Program-made: the position numbers and the translations under genes
Part shown: piece after piece, positions 10,502-20,398 of the stretch
How the letters are laid out: each line of letters starts with the position of its first letter
Position numbering within the stretch: the first letter of the stretch is position 1
Assembly (NCBI GenBank): GCA_051599415.1
Contig: AP039699.1
Coordinates: 372,001-436,000, forward strand
DNA: 64,000 nt
Origin: Savitreella phatthalungensis
Lineage: Eukaryota
Direction: 5' to 3'
The notes under the pieces: generated by a model
The model's input: only the letters and a program-made list of their open reading frames with translations
The model's database searches: none
What the model was told of the DNA's origin: nothing

Positions 10502-12700
10502 GTGATGCACGCTGAGTGCTCTGATTGTCTATGTATAGTCCATCAGTGGCAACCTGAACGTGTTCTGAACGTGCCCTGAACGCGGCAAAGCTGAGATTTA
10601 ATCTCCTCGTAGAGAATGCATTATCTGCATGTGAGCTATTTCTAGCAGTAAACTCACCTTCCCAGAACTGATTCACCTGCCAGAGATGATTCAAGCTACA
10701 GTCGCAGAAGACGTTGCAAAGGTAACATGACCTTCTGTAACCATGCAGGTCAAGTTCGCTACCCAGTGCTGCTCAGGCTGGCTGCCAGGGATGTCCACGG
10801 ACTTCAATGCCTACAAAAGTCTATGGCTACTGCCCCAGAGCCAGCGGTGCTGTCAGGGCTGAGGATGTTCCCCCGGCCACATTCGTGGATATCGCCTCTC
10901 TCGCTAACATGTCGATCAAAGGTCTCTAGAGTCTAACCTCACTTAGATGGTACACGAGTCGATTGTGCAGGAGGTCACATGTGAATCTGATAGAAGTTTC
11001 GGTGAAATTCACCTAGACCGCTTGGCCCTGCAGCTGCACGCAGTCGAAAGGAACTGCAAAGGTTTCAAGGCGAATATTGTCAAATAATCTCTTCCCTTGA
11101 CCTTTCACTCAGCCGGCTTGACCTTCGATTCAGTCGGCCAGTCATATAAAGGTCCTCTTCTCTTGGCTATTGATGAACATCTTCACCCTGAAAAGAAAGA
11201 TGTCTCGACCATCAACAAGAACATCTCATCCTCCCGCATCACGCGAACAGACGTCAGGTATGGCTTGTCCAGACCTCAACGCTCATATGTAATTTGACAT
11301 GTCTGCCAGTTGTGAAAGCAGCCATGTCGAATTTCATACGAGGGTCGAGGTCTGTTACGCGGCCTTTGCAGTCCCGTCTGACGATGACGGTCCTGATTTT
11401 CAAGGGGCCATCGTGTCAACACTGCGTTGCTCATCAAGTTTGACTGTGTAAAAAGGAAGCGTCTCAACGCGCGTAGTGTGGTCCACGGCCCATTTCTTTT
11501 TGTTGCTCTGTTTCTTCCTGAGGATCTCCAGTTAGATTATTGGAGGTCCAAAGATGTATATATCGGCAATATACATCTTTGGACCTCCGATAATCCAGTT
11601 GGAGCAACATAGGGCTTGAGCAGCGACCTGCCTTTCATTTGTGATGCATGCTGAGTGTTCTACATGTCTATGTAGTCGATCAGTGGCAACCTGAACGTGC
11701 CCTGAACGTGCCGTTAACGCGGCAAAGCTGAGATTTGATGTCCTCGATCGTAGAGAATGCATGATCTGCACGTGAGCTATTTCTAGCATTAAACTCACCT
11801 CCCCAGAACTGATTCACCTGCCACAGATCCAAGCTGCAGTTGCAGAAGACGTTCCAGGGCTATCATGACGTTTTGTATCCTTGCAGGTCGATCTGACTAC
11901 CCAGTGCTGCTCAGGCTGCAATGGATACCCATTTGCATGAATGCTCATGGAGGCCTGTGGCTGCTGGCCTGAAGCCGGCGCTGCTACCGGGGCTGAGGTG
12001 AGGATGCTTTCACCTCCCCAGTCGTGAAGATCGCCTCTCTCGCTACCATGCTGTTTAAAGGTCTTTAGACTCTGGCCTTGTTCAGATGGGAAACGAATGA
12101 ATCGTGCAGGAAATCACATGTGATATCCATAAAAGACTTGATCAGATTCATGCAAATCGCTCGCCCTTGCAGCTGCGTGCAGTCGAATGGCTTTGTAAAA
12201 GTTTAGGGCGGATGACGTCGAAGCATCTTGCCCCTGGCTTTCCACTCAGTCAGTCATCTTATAAGTAGCGTCTTAACTGTCACGATCGATAAACATCTCC
12301 ACGCATTCAAGGTAAGATGTTCCAACCATCAACGAGAGAGTACGATGCTTCCGCATCGAGCGGTCAGATGTCAGGCGTGCACCCTCTGGTCGATTCCAAG
12401 TCTTCGCAACATTCAGACCACATCCCGTCTTCATCTGGTCATTTGACAAGCCCGGCACAAGACGACGAAGCGGAAATGCTCACCGTCAAGCAGGCCACGA
12501 AAGCGCTTGCTGCCGAAGCGTGGCGTTTGGAATGCGCAAATCGCACATTCTACCTTCCCACTGGGTACAGCGATAACGCGCTGCTGCTTCAACAACTGGC
12601 AGGCATGGCAAAGTTCCATATGAGGGCCGAAATCCGTCACGCGGCCTCTGCACCCCCGTCTGACGACAACGGTCCTGATTTTACAGGGATCATCGCGTTA
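10502..12700 (+). repeat. Diverged tandem duplication of an upstream block plus gene start (copy 1 ~10502-11422, copy 2 ~11641-12700)
   Basis: Shared blocks such as atcagtggcaacctgaacgtg, aacgcggcaaagctgagattt, gtgagctatttctagca, cccagaactgattcacctgcca, ctacccagtgctgctcaggctg, offset by about 1140 bp. Confidence 0.9.
11200..11612 (+). pseudogene. Decayed copy (B') of island gene B with internal inversion
   Basis: MSRPSTR...ASREQTSGM then stop, versus B MFQPSTR...ASSGQMSGV; FHTRVEVCYAAFAVPSDDDGPDF versus FHMRAEIRHAASAPPSDDNGPDF; ~11423-11561 matches B ~12727-12860 in reverse; IYIFGPPIIQLE forward again. Confidence 0.85.
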
Positions 12701-13645
12701 ACACTAACTGACCTTCGACCACAAAATATATTTATCTTTGGACCACCATTGATCCAATTGGAAGTTCTGAGAAAGGATCAGAGCAGCAAATGGGTCGTTG
12801 ACCATACTATGCTCGTGGAGACGGTCCCTGACTACGAAGTCAAATTTGATCAGGAAGGCGCAATCCACGAGTCCTTCTCTAACCTCCCACTCGGCCATCT
12901 GCAGGATCGGCTTGAATTTGCTTCGGGCGGGCGAGACTGCTTTATTCCCGGTGCATCCCGCGGCTCCAGTTCAATTCTCGCAATGTGGGTATTCGAGGCA
13001 AACCGCTCCAGCGGGAAAGGCAGGTCGCCACACAAGGACGACAAGCTCATGTTCCGATTTAGGCTGGTCTTCTTACGATCAAAGCCGGAGACCGAGTCGG
13101 TTCCAGGACTCCCATCGCCTGCGGATCACATCGCCTACTGCGTAGGAAACGGTGAGATCCGGGCACTCTCACGAAAGCAGCTTGGTAGACTGGGCACAGA
13201 CAAATTCGACGGACCATCTTTCGAAATCATCCAGGACTTTGACTCCCTCTACAATCTTGGATGCTTGATGTTCGGCGAGTTTGAGCTTGATGACAAGGAC
13301 CGCCATATCCAAGGACAGCGATTGTGCTCAACACAGCACGGTGTGCGGCAATTCGGGACTCCTCCGGAGTGGATCGATAATCTCGAGGTCATGGAGGGTC
13401 CCATACCACGCAAGACTCAGGGCGCATTGAAGAGTGACAGCGACGAGGAGGAGCAATCGAGTACCGAAGAGGCCTTGGCACGCGTGCCTCCGCGCTCAGC
13501 TGGTCTCTCCTTTGTGCCCATGCCGAGGACGCCCGAGTCCCGAGGACAACGCAGCGACCACCAGTCACCATGGAAGGTTTCGAATTTTAGTCCGAAGCAA
13601 GCTTATAGGGACGTGAAGCGCAAGGTCTCTCAAATCTTTAAATGA
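12317..13645 (+). CDS. Unknown protein, island gene B (442 aa), paralog of 9272-10192
   Basis: Long ATG ORF; TATA-like TTATAAG at ~12259; collinear motifs shared with gene A. Confidence 0.75.
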   Translation: MFQPSTREYDASASSGQMSGVHPLVDSKSSQHSDHIPSSSGHLTSPAQDDEAEMLTVKQATKALAAEAWRLECANRTFYLPTGYSDNALLLQQLAGMAKFHMRAEIRHAASAPPSDDNGPDFTGIIALTLTDLRPQNIFIFGPPLIQLEVLRKDQSSKWVVDHTMLVETVPDYEVKFDQEGAIHESFSNLPLGHLQDRLEFASGGRDCFIPGASRGSSSILAMWVFEANRSSGKGRSPHKDDKLMFRFRLVFLRSKPETESVPGLPSPADHIAYCVGNGEIRALSRKQLGRLGTDKFDGPSFEIIQDFDSLYNLGCLMFGEFELDDKDRHIQGQRLCSTQHGVRQFGTPPEWIDNLEVMEGPIPRKTQGALKSDSDEEEQSSTEEALARVPPRSAGLSFVPMPRTPESRGQRSDHQSPWKVSNFSPKQAYRDVKRKVSQIFK

Positions 13646-14222
13646 ATGCCATTTGATCGCGTGTTTTCCGGGTATTGTCTTCTCCGATTCCTTGTACTCC
13701 TCATCGTGTCCTATGCAACTGACAAGTCAAGTATGTCGTGACGAGATTCAGCGGATCAATGGAAGAGGAATTAGCCAAGCAGTCTCGGGTTTACAGGGGC
13801 CTTTGTCGCCTTAGCGCGTGTGCCATAGCAAAGGCATTGGAGTCGGCCCAGCTTTCCTGGACGATGATACTAGTCTTACAAAGGACTACAAACTCAGAGG
13901 ATTGGTCGAGAAGCAAGAATTTAGCCAATAGGGCAAAACGTATGTCAAGTCACGCTATCCACGTCTCTTCAGCTACGCTCGCTACTGTTCCTACTTGGCT
14001 CAATCGATCGAATGGCTTCATTCGCATACCATATCTTCAATACATGAGCCTAGCTGAGCCCATTTTGGCGTATATCTTTGCATGTCTACCCTTGCTAACT
14101 CGTGTGGATCGCATAGTGTTGCTTGAGAGCGGTGTCGACCAGAAGTTGTCCCACGGATTGTCATTCGTTAATTTTGTGGTCATGGATCATATACTGCATT
14201 TTTGCGAATCGACTTCTGATCT

Positions 14223-14339
14223 ACCCTCGTGGCCTAATGGTTAAGGCGCTCGACTTCTAGAATCTGATGCAGGAAATTTTGGTTTGCTGGCGGGAGTTTC
14301 GCGATCGAGCGATTGCAGGTTCGAGTCCTGCCGGGGGTG
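14223..14339 (+). tRNA. tRNA-Arg(TCT) with 44-nt intron (14260-14303)
   Basis: Acceptor stem ACCCTCG/CGGGGGT; A-box TGGCCTAATGG; anticodon stem CTCGA/TCGAG with loop CT-TCT-A; T-arm GCAGG-TTCGAGT-CCTGC; downstream oligo-T. Confidence 0.93.
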
Positions 14340-14456
14340 AAAGGTATTTATTTTTCTTTTTTTATTGCATTAAGTATCTCATCGCTGCTGCTCATCCTTT
14401 CCCATGCAGTGTTCTTCTTTTCAACGGCTGGGCAAATAGTGGAGTTGTTGCAGATG

Positions 14457-16379
14457 CTACAAGGCAGGTCGGATTGGAGCACTGACCGGCAGGTGTGTGC
14501 CATCAGGCCGACGCCATTTGCGAATTCGACCGTACTTGCGACCGATCGAGGCGACGAGAATGTGATCCTTGAGGAAGGTGAGGTGGGTCGGCGGTTGGTC
14601 GTCGACTTTCTTGACCATGATGGGTGAGAGGATTGCAGCCGACAGGCGAGACTCCGGCTCGTGGTAGACAGTGCCGGACGGTGATTGTCTGCTGGTCTTC
14701 TGCAATCGAGGTCTGGTTTCGGGCACCGATAGACCTGCTCGTGCTTTTGCGCTCGGTTTGTGGAGCGATGCGTGGGCAAAGTCCCAGAGGAGGAGCTTGC
14801 AGTCGTCTGAGACACTGCCGATGCGGTAGTTGACGCCGCCGTCCTCGCATCGCCAAGGGTCGAAGGCGACGCAATTGATGAAGGATGAGTGACCGTGGCA
14901 GCGCGCAACAAGCCGTCGTTCGGACATGCTCCAGATGCTCACGAGATCGTCTTTGCCACCGGTCACGACGTACTGGCCGTCTGGAGACCAGGCCACGCAC
15001 GTGAAGCCGCCAAAGTATGATGAGTAGACGTCTAGCAGCTTCTCTTGCCGGTAATCGATGATGCGCAAGCATCCATCATCGCCAACGACCGCCACATGTA
15101 TGCTGTCTGGCGAGAGTGCAAAATCTGTGATTGCCTGTCTTGAGATTGAGAGGTATGAGACTGGGTTGTTCTTTGTTACAGGTCCATTGCTAGTTTTGAG
15201 AACGTGCATAGCCGGGTTCGACTTCTCCGCCACCATCGATAGGCCGTCCTCCTGAGCAGCTGCTTCCGCCACGCTCGTGGCACCGTTGATGGAGAGGGCA
15301 CCCATGGCTGATACGAAGTCTGCATCTTCGCGATCCTTGTCGTAGATGACAAGTGCACCGTCTGCGTGTGCAGCCATGAACAGGTTCTCAGAATTTGGCA
15401 TCCACGCGATTCGAGTGACACCGGTCGGATTGATGCACCGCTGCTTGTTGAAGCGCAGGTATTTGGATGACACAGGATCGTACCAGCAAATGTCGCCGGT
15501 GTGCGTGCCGATGACGACGTCGAATCCGCGTGCCGTCCGCGTCACCTGGTTGACGTCGTGGCAGGTGACGTTGGAAACAGCGAACAGTAGACGCGACATG
15601 GGTTCGTGCTTACTGGCATCTGGTGCGCCGAGGTCCATCCACGATAGACAGCGTGTGACGTTTGTGAAGATGAAGACCTCGTCCCCATTACGATCGGCCA
15701 TGCGCGTTGACATAGCTGGATCCGTGATGGCGCGAGACACGAATGTGGATGTAGTGCCGTTGGCGCTTGTACCAGTCCTCTTTTTCCGCCGACCTTGGCC
15801 GTCGAAAATGGATGAGCCGTTGGTCATGGTTGTTGTGACTGGAGAAAGAGGAGCAAACTCAATAGGTCCACTGTTGGAGGAGACTCCAGGACTCTTGAGT
15901 GGCATAGAGCCAGGAGTTGTACTCAAGCCTGATGCTTCTGCGTGTGTATTGAGACCGTGTGCTGCGCCTGGGACAGCAATGCCACTCACCGAGTCGTTCA
16001 GATCCGTGTGACCTTCCTCGCCAGCTTCCTCCTGCATCTGTGGTAGGCTGGGTGAGGCAGGGCCATTATTGTTGGCGCTGTCGCCATAGGAGATCTGGCG
16101 AGTCATGCGAGGCATTGCGAGTGTGCGGCCGTTCAAGGAGAGCACACTTAGATGCATGCCCGAAGACAGTACTGGTGCTTGCGGCGTGAGTGGGTTCGGG
16201 TTGGGTGGTGGCTCTGAAGGATGTGGTGCAGGATGTGCGAGCTCTAGTTCTTCGGTTGCCTGGTAGATACCTTCACCGACGACGAACTGCAGAGAACCAT
16301 CTAGTCTTGTGAACTTATTGTAGAAGAATTCTGTACGGATGATGACTGGGGGCGCAGCTGCCGGTATTGGCACGAACAT
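14457..16379 (-). CDS. creC: WD40 protein CreC/WDR20-like (deubiquitinase partner)
   Basis: TCHDVNQVT, NLFMAAHADG, NNPVS, SYFGGFTCVAWSPDGQYVVTGGKDDLVSIW, ARCHGHSSFINCVAFDPW, YRIGSVSDDCKLLLWDF. Confidence 0.88.
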   Translation of the reverse strand: MFVPIPAAAPPVIIRTEFFYNKFTRLDGSLQFVVGEGIYQATEELELAHPAPHPSEPPPNPNPLTPQAPVLSSGMHLSVLSLNGRTLAMPRMTRQISYGDSANNNGPASPSLPQMQEEAGEEGHTDLNDSVSGIAVPGAAHGLNTHAEASGLSTTPGSMPLKSPGVSSNSGPIEFAPLSPVTTTMTNGSSIFDGQGRRKKRTGTSANGTTSTFVSRAITDPAMSTRMADRNGDEVFIFTNVTRCLSWMDLGAPDASKHEPMSRLLFAVSNVTCHDVNQVTRTARGFDVVIGTHTGDICWYDPVSSKYLRFNKQRCINPTGVTRIAWMPNSENLFMAAHADGALVIYDKDREDADFVSAMGALSINGATSVAEAAAQEDGLSMVAEKSNPAMHVLKTSNGPVTKNNPVSYLSISRQAITDFALSPDSIHVAVVGDDGCLRIIDYRQEKLLDVYSSYFGGFTCVAWSPDGQYVVTGGKDDLVSIWSMSERRLVARCHGHSSFINCVAFDPWRCEDGGVNYRIGSVSDDCKLLLWDFAHASLHKPSAKARAGLSVPETRPRLQKTSRQSPSGTVYHEPESRLSAAILSPIMVKKVDDQPPTHLTFLKDHILVASIGRKYGRIRKWRRPDGTHLPVSAPIRPAL

Positions 16380-17134
16380 CGTCGTCAGACGTGTCCTTGT
16401 ATATTATGAGTTAGAAGGGTGTTTGCCGCAGACTCGAGTAGTTGATTGATAGATCTTGGTCGTATAAGGGACGCTGTGATCCTGCCAGAGAAGCCGCAGC
16501 TGCTGATGCTCTTGCTGCTGAAGTTGATGACGATAACGGGTTCGTGTGGAACAGTTGTGGGGATGGCAGATGGGTTCATGGAGAGTGTATCCGTGGATGC
16601 GCATGCATATGGTGTGTGCATAATGTGCGTAGGCCGGTGGGTGTGATTAGAACGCGGATACTACTAACATATTCGATCGATCACGCAGATATGTTCCCAT
16701 ATACGCACACTACTACAAACGTTAATTAAATTGAGATTCGACTAATATTATATCAAATCATTCCTGAGCTCGTGCAGAAAATCACTTATTTCCGTGAATA
16801 GCAAACATAAAATTAAATTTCCTGAAGTCAAAATCATAATTAATCGTATCCCACTCTTTTCTTCACTTGACCCCCACCCCACCCCACAAACACATATGCA
16901 ATTAGAGTTGGAAAGGCTCAGATACTCTGGACACACTCGTGGACGCTGCCGACTCATTCGCCCCACTTCACCATAGATTTATTAGAGAGGTGTAGACAGT
17001 CTCCGGAATCTATTGCACACTAGCAGTTGCGCTTTGACCTGTTGAATAGAACCTGAATATCTACATTGGCATGCGCTACGTCTATATACATTGGCTCCGT
17101 AGTAGTTGCAGTATTCCGTGGTGAGATCTGGAGA

Positions 17135-19972
17135 CTAGGTCTGCATGGCATCGTCGTCAGCACCATTGATTTGTGACTGCTCTTGAGTGGGCTGTTGGGC
17201 GAGTGCTACAACGTCGATGGCACAGTTGGGATGAAGCACGTAGACGTTGCCATCTGAAGAAGTCTGTTGCTGCTGCTGTTGGTGTTGATCGTCATCAGCT
17301 TCCATACCTTCGCCCCGGAGCTGCATCAGGTACGAGTCCTTGACAAGTCTCTTCAGCACCTTGTGACACAGTGACTTCTCTTTGTCAATGTCGTCCTCAG
17401 AGCTGATCTTCGACTCGCGCTGCTCGAGGAAATGCAGAACAAGATCGCCTTCAGAAACACCTTCACCGCCAGCTTCCTCGTCTGCAGCGATCCGTCGCAC
17501 CAGCAGATTCATGATTTCCACATACTCCTCGTACGTGATCTTTGTCTTCTCCCGGCGCGGCGGTCTCTGTTCGGCGAGTGCTTGTGCGGCAGCTGCAGCA
17601 TCCTCTGCATCCTGCATGTTGTCATCTTCCTGACCGACTGCAGAAGTCTGAGTGGCGCCAAGACCTGCAGGACGTGAAGCATCATTGTCGTCATCATCAC
17701 CGTCGTCGTCGCCGTCCTCGCCATCGAGACCGACATCATCGCGCTCGACGTGAATGATACTCTGGCGCAGCAGGTTATACGCTTCACGCACAAATGCAGG
17801 CGTGATGTCTTCCACACAGTTTGCTCGTGCGATTGCCTCTGACAGTCTGATCATCGACTCCAGTTGTCGAACGGTGATTCGATAAGAGTTCCGACCCATG
17901 CCTTGCGCGTCGTCAGAGCGCAGATCGATGTATTTCTCCACCAGGTACTGCTGTGCCTCCGGCGACAGCTTCGGTTTGAAAGTACGAGCGTAGCGAATGT
18001 ATCGCTGGAGTTGCTCTGTGTTGTACTCTGGCTGTATGGCGTCGTCTTTGAAGCGATGCACGTTCACGATATGTGAGGCGATGTTGTAGTCGACTTGTTC
18101 ATTCGCCTCGTCGAGCACGACAAAGAAGAGATCGAAACGAGACATGATAGGAGCGGACATTTGGACATTGGCGCGCAGGGTCGTCTTTCGATTGTAGCGT
18201 CCTCCGACAGGGTTTGCTGCGGCAAGAATCGACGTCCTTGCGTTCAAGGTCGCGTGGATACCAGCCTTGGCGATCGAGATGGTCTGCTGCTCCATTGCCT
18301 CGTGAATGGCAACCTGATCGGCGATGTCCATCTTGTCGAATTCGTCAATGGCACAGACGCCGTTGTCTGCGAGCATCAGGGCGCCAGCCTCGATGGTGAA
18401 TTCGCCGGTCTCCTCGTCCTTCATCACCGCTGCAGTCAAACCTGCAGCAGAGGATGCCTTTCCCGAAGTGTAGACCGCGCGCGGTAAGAACGAGCAGACA
18501 TACTTGAGGAACTGCGACTTGGATGTCGAAGGGTCGCCGACGATGCAGATGTTGAGATCGCCTCTGAGGTTGATGCCTTCTGCGGTAGTTTTGTGGACAC
18601 CGCCCATGAGTTGAAGCAGGATGCCCTTCTTGATAATTTCATGACCGTAAACGGTGGGAGCGATCGAGTTGACGAGTCGCGAATAGATGTGATCTGAATG
18701 GACCATTTCCTTGAGCTCGGCGATTTCTTCCTGAGTGAGAGAATTGAGGAACTCGTTTTGCTCCTCTTCGCCCTGGGTGCCGTCACCACGGACATCTGCT
18801 GCGCCTGAATCGCGCGCATCCGCACTTTGCACCATGCAGGCGAGGAAAGCCATGCGATAGGTCAAGTCTCGAACACCGAGAGATTTCAGTCCAGACACAC
18901 CATCGCCAAAGCCGTCGCGACCGCGCGGGTTGTTACGCTGATCCCGCATGGCCTCTGCTCGAACGCCAGGGATGCCTAATGCTGCGATGTCGGGTACAAC
19001 AATGAGCGTGCCGGTGAAGACGCACTTGTCTCCGGCCTTCGCTCGCTCGACGACCTCGCCGCGTAGAATGACGTCTAGCGTGCGAGGCATGCTTCCTGTT
19101 GGTATCTCTGAAGCGTTTTCCTGGATACGCACCTTCTGCCAGTCTGTGAAGGTGGATTGTGCCACATTCAGGCGCCAGTTGCGCTTGTTGCCACAAGCTG
19201 CATTCGGACATAGACTTGGCTCCGTGTATCGGAAGACTTGCTCGACATTTGTGACGATGGATCTGCATTCTTCACAAACGAAGGTAGCACGCGACAACTC
19301 CGGCCGAACCTCCGATGTACGAGTGACTGTACCGGACACAGAGATGAGCCTACCAATGCGCTCTGTCTTTAGGTCGCGAATCTTTGAAATGTTGTGCATG
19401 TTGTAGAAGGCGATGGAGAAGCTTTTATCTGTCGTGGCGCGCGAAGATGCGATGGAAGATCCTGTCTTGCTTCCTGTGTATGCGGAGAAGTACATTGGCT
19501 CGAGCTTCTCAATCATGTTGTGTAGGGCATTTATGAGGAAAGGGAGGAAGCGGTAGTATTGCGAGACGATGGCCTCCGCAAGGACGCCCTCCTCAAACCT
19601 CATGACATGGTCAAAGTCGACGTAAAGTGTCGTCAGCTCGTACTGGCGCAGAGCATGAATCTGAGCGACATAAAATCGCTCGTTCTGGGTCGTTGATAGT
19701 TGACTGTCGATGCCACTACTTTCCTCGGTGTCAATGAAAGTTGCGATGAAGCCCTCGAACGCTTCTCGCACTTTTTCTCCGGTTGTATCAACGACACGTG
19801 GAATTTGCTTGTCGAGCTTGTCGCGAGGTCTTCGTTTTGTCGTTGATGTTGACGGAGCATTACGGCTACTCTCGTCTTCTGACTCTGCATCCGACTGCGG
19901 ACCAGCCGAAGTCGTTCTCCTGTCGAATGGCTGAACTGCAGCTGGCGATGATGGTGCTGCAAAGGAGCTCAT
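17135..19972 (-). CDS. MCM6: DNA replication licensing factor MCM6
   Basis: TRTSEVRPEL, PTGSMPRTLDVILRGE, GLKSLGVRDLTY, GDPSTSKSQFLK, IDEFDKM, IMSRFDL. Confidence 0.97.
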   Translation of the reverse strand: MSSFAAPSSPAAVQPFDRRTTSAGPQSDAESEDESSRNAPSTSTTKRRPRDKLDKQIPRVVDTTGEKVREAFEGFIATFIDTEESSGIDSQLSTTQNERFYVAQIHALRQYELTTLYVDFDHVMRFEEGVLAEAIVSQYYRFLPFLINALHNMIEKLEPMYFSAYTGSKTGSSIASSRATTDKSFSIAFYNMHNISKIRDLKTERIGRLISVSGTVTRTSEVRPELSRATFVCEECRSIVTNVEQVFRYTEPSLCPNAACGNKRNWRLNVAQSTFTDWQKVRIQENASEIPTGSMPRTLDVILRGEVVERAKAGDKCVFTGTLIVVPDIAALGIPGVRAEAMRDQRNNPRGRDGFGDGVSGLKSLGVRDLTYRMAFLACMVQSADARDSGAADVRGDGTQGEEEQNEFLNSLTQEEIAELKEMVHSDHIYSRLVNSIAPTVYGHEIIKKGILLQLMGGVHKTTAEGINLRGDLNICIVGDPSTSKSQFLKYVCSFLPRAVYTSGKASSAAGLTAAVMKDEETGEFTIEAGALMLADNGVCAIDEFDKMDIADQVAIHEAMEQQTISIAKAGIHATLNARTSILAAANPVGGRYNRKTTLRANVQMSAPIMSRFDLFFVVLDEANEQVDYNIASHIVNVHRFKDDAIQPEYNTEQLQRYIRYARTFKPKLSPEAQQYLVEKYIDLRSDDAQGMGRNSYRITVRQLESMIRLSEAIARANCVEDITPAFVREAYNLLRQSIIHVERDDVGLDGEDGDDDGDDDDNDASRPAGLGATQTSAVGQEDDNMQDAEDAAAAAQALAEQRPPRREKTKITYEEYVEIMNLLVRRIAADEEAGGEGVSEGDLVLHFLEQRESKISSEDDIDKEKSLCHKVLKRLVKDSYLMQLRGEGMEADDDQHQQQQQQTSSDGNVYVLHPNCAIDVVALAQQPTQEQSQINGADDDAMQT

Positions 19973-20398
19973 GATTGTGGAGGCGCCAAGGAAGATGAAA
20001 GTCGCTCAACCTCCTCTTCGCGAGCGTGTTCAGAGTAGCACTTAAAAGGGTATGCTGTTCTTGTCGTTGAAATTGGGTAGGACGATCGTTGTAGTGCTGG
20101 CTGACTTGACCGTTGAACAAATCTTCGTCGCGCTTCCCACTAATTCGTGTAAATTCGTGTCTAAATTCTCCCCGCCATGCACACGTGTACACGTACGTGC
20201 AATTCAATCGATTGAACCGAGACGAAAGCGATCAGTGAAATTGTCATTTGCTATTCAAAAAGCACCTTCATATCGACAGCCGTTCATCAGTATGACTTCG
20301 GCAGGCTGGCTAAAGAACTCCTCATTGAATACTCGATGTTGATGCATCAATTGGCTATATACACCCCTGACCTTCGTAGCTCACTAGACATGGCCTCG

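Noticed and set aside
10479..11798. Similar minus-strand short ORFs (NLSFAA..HVQVATD) in both duplicated blocks
   Set aside because: Copies differ by frameshifting indels; the similarity is explained by DNA duplication
13738..14244. 168-aa ORF between gene B and the tRNA
   Set aside because: GTG start, overlaps the tRNA 5' end, no motif or paralogy with the island family
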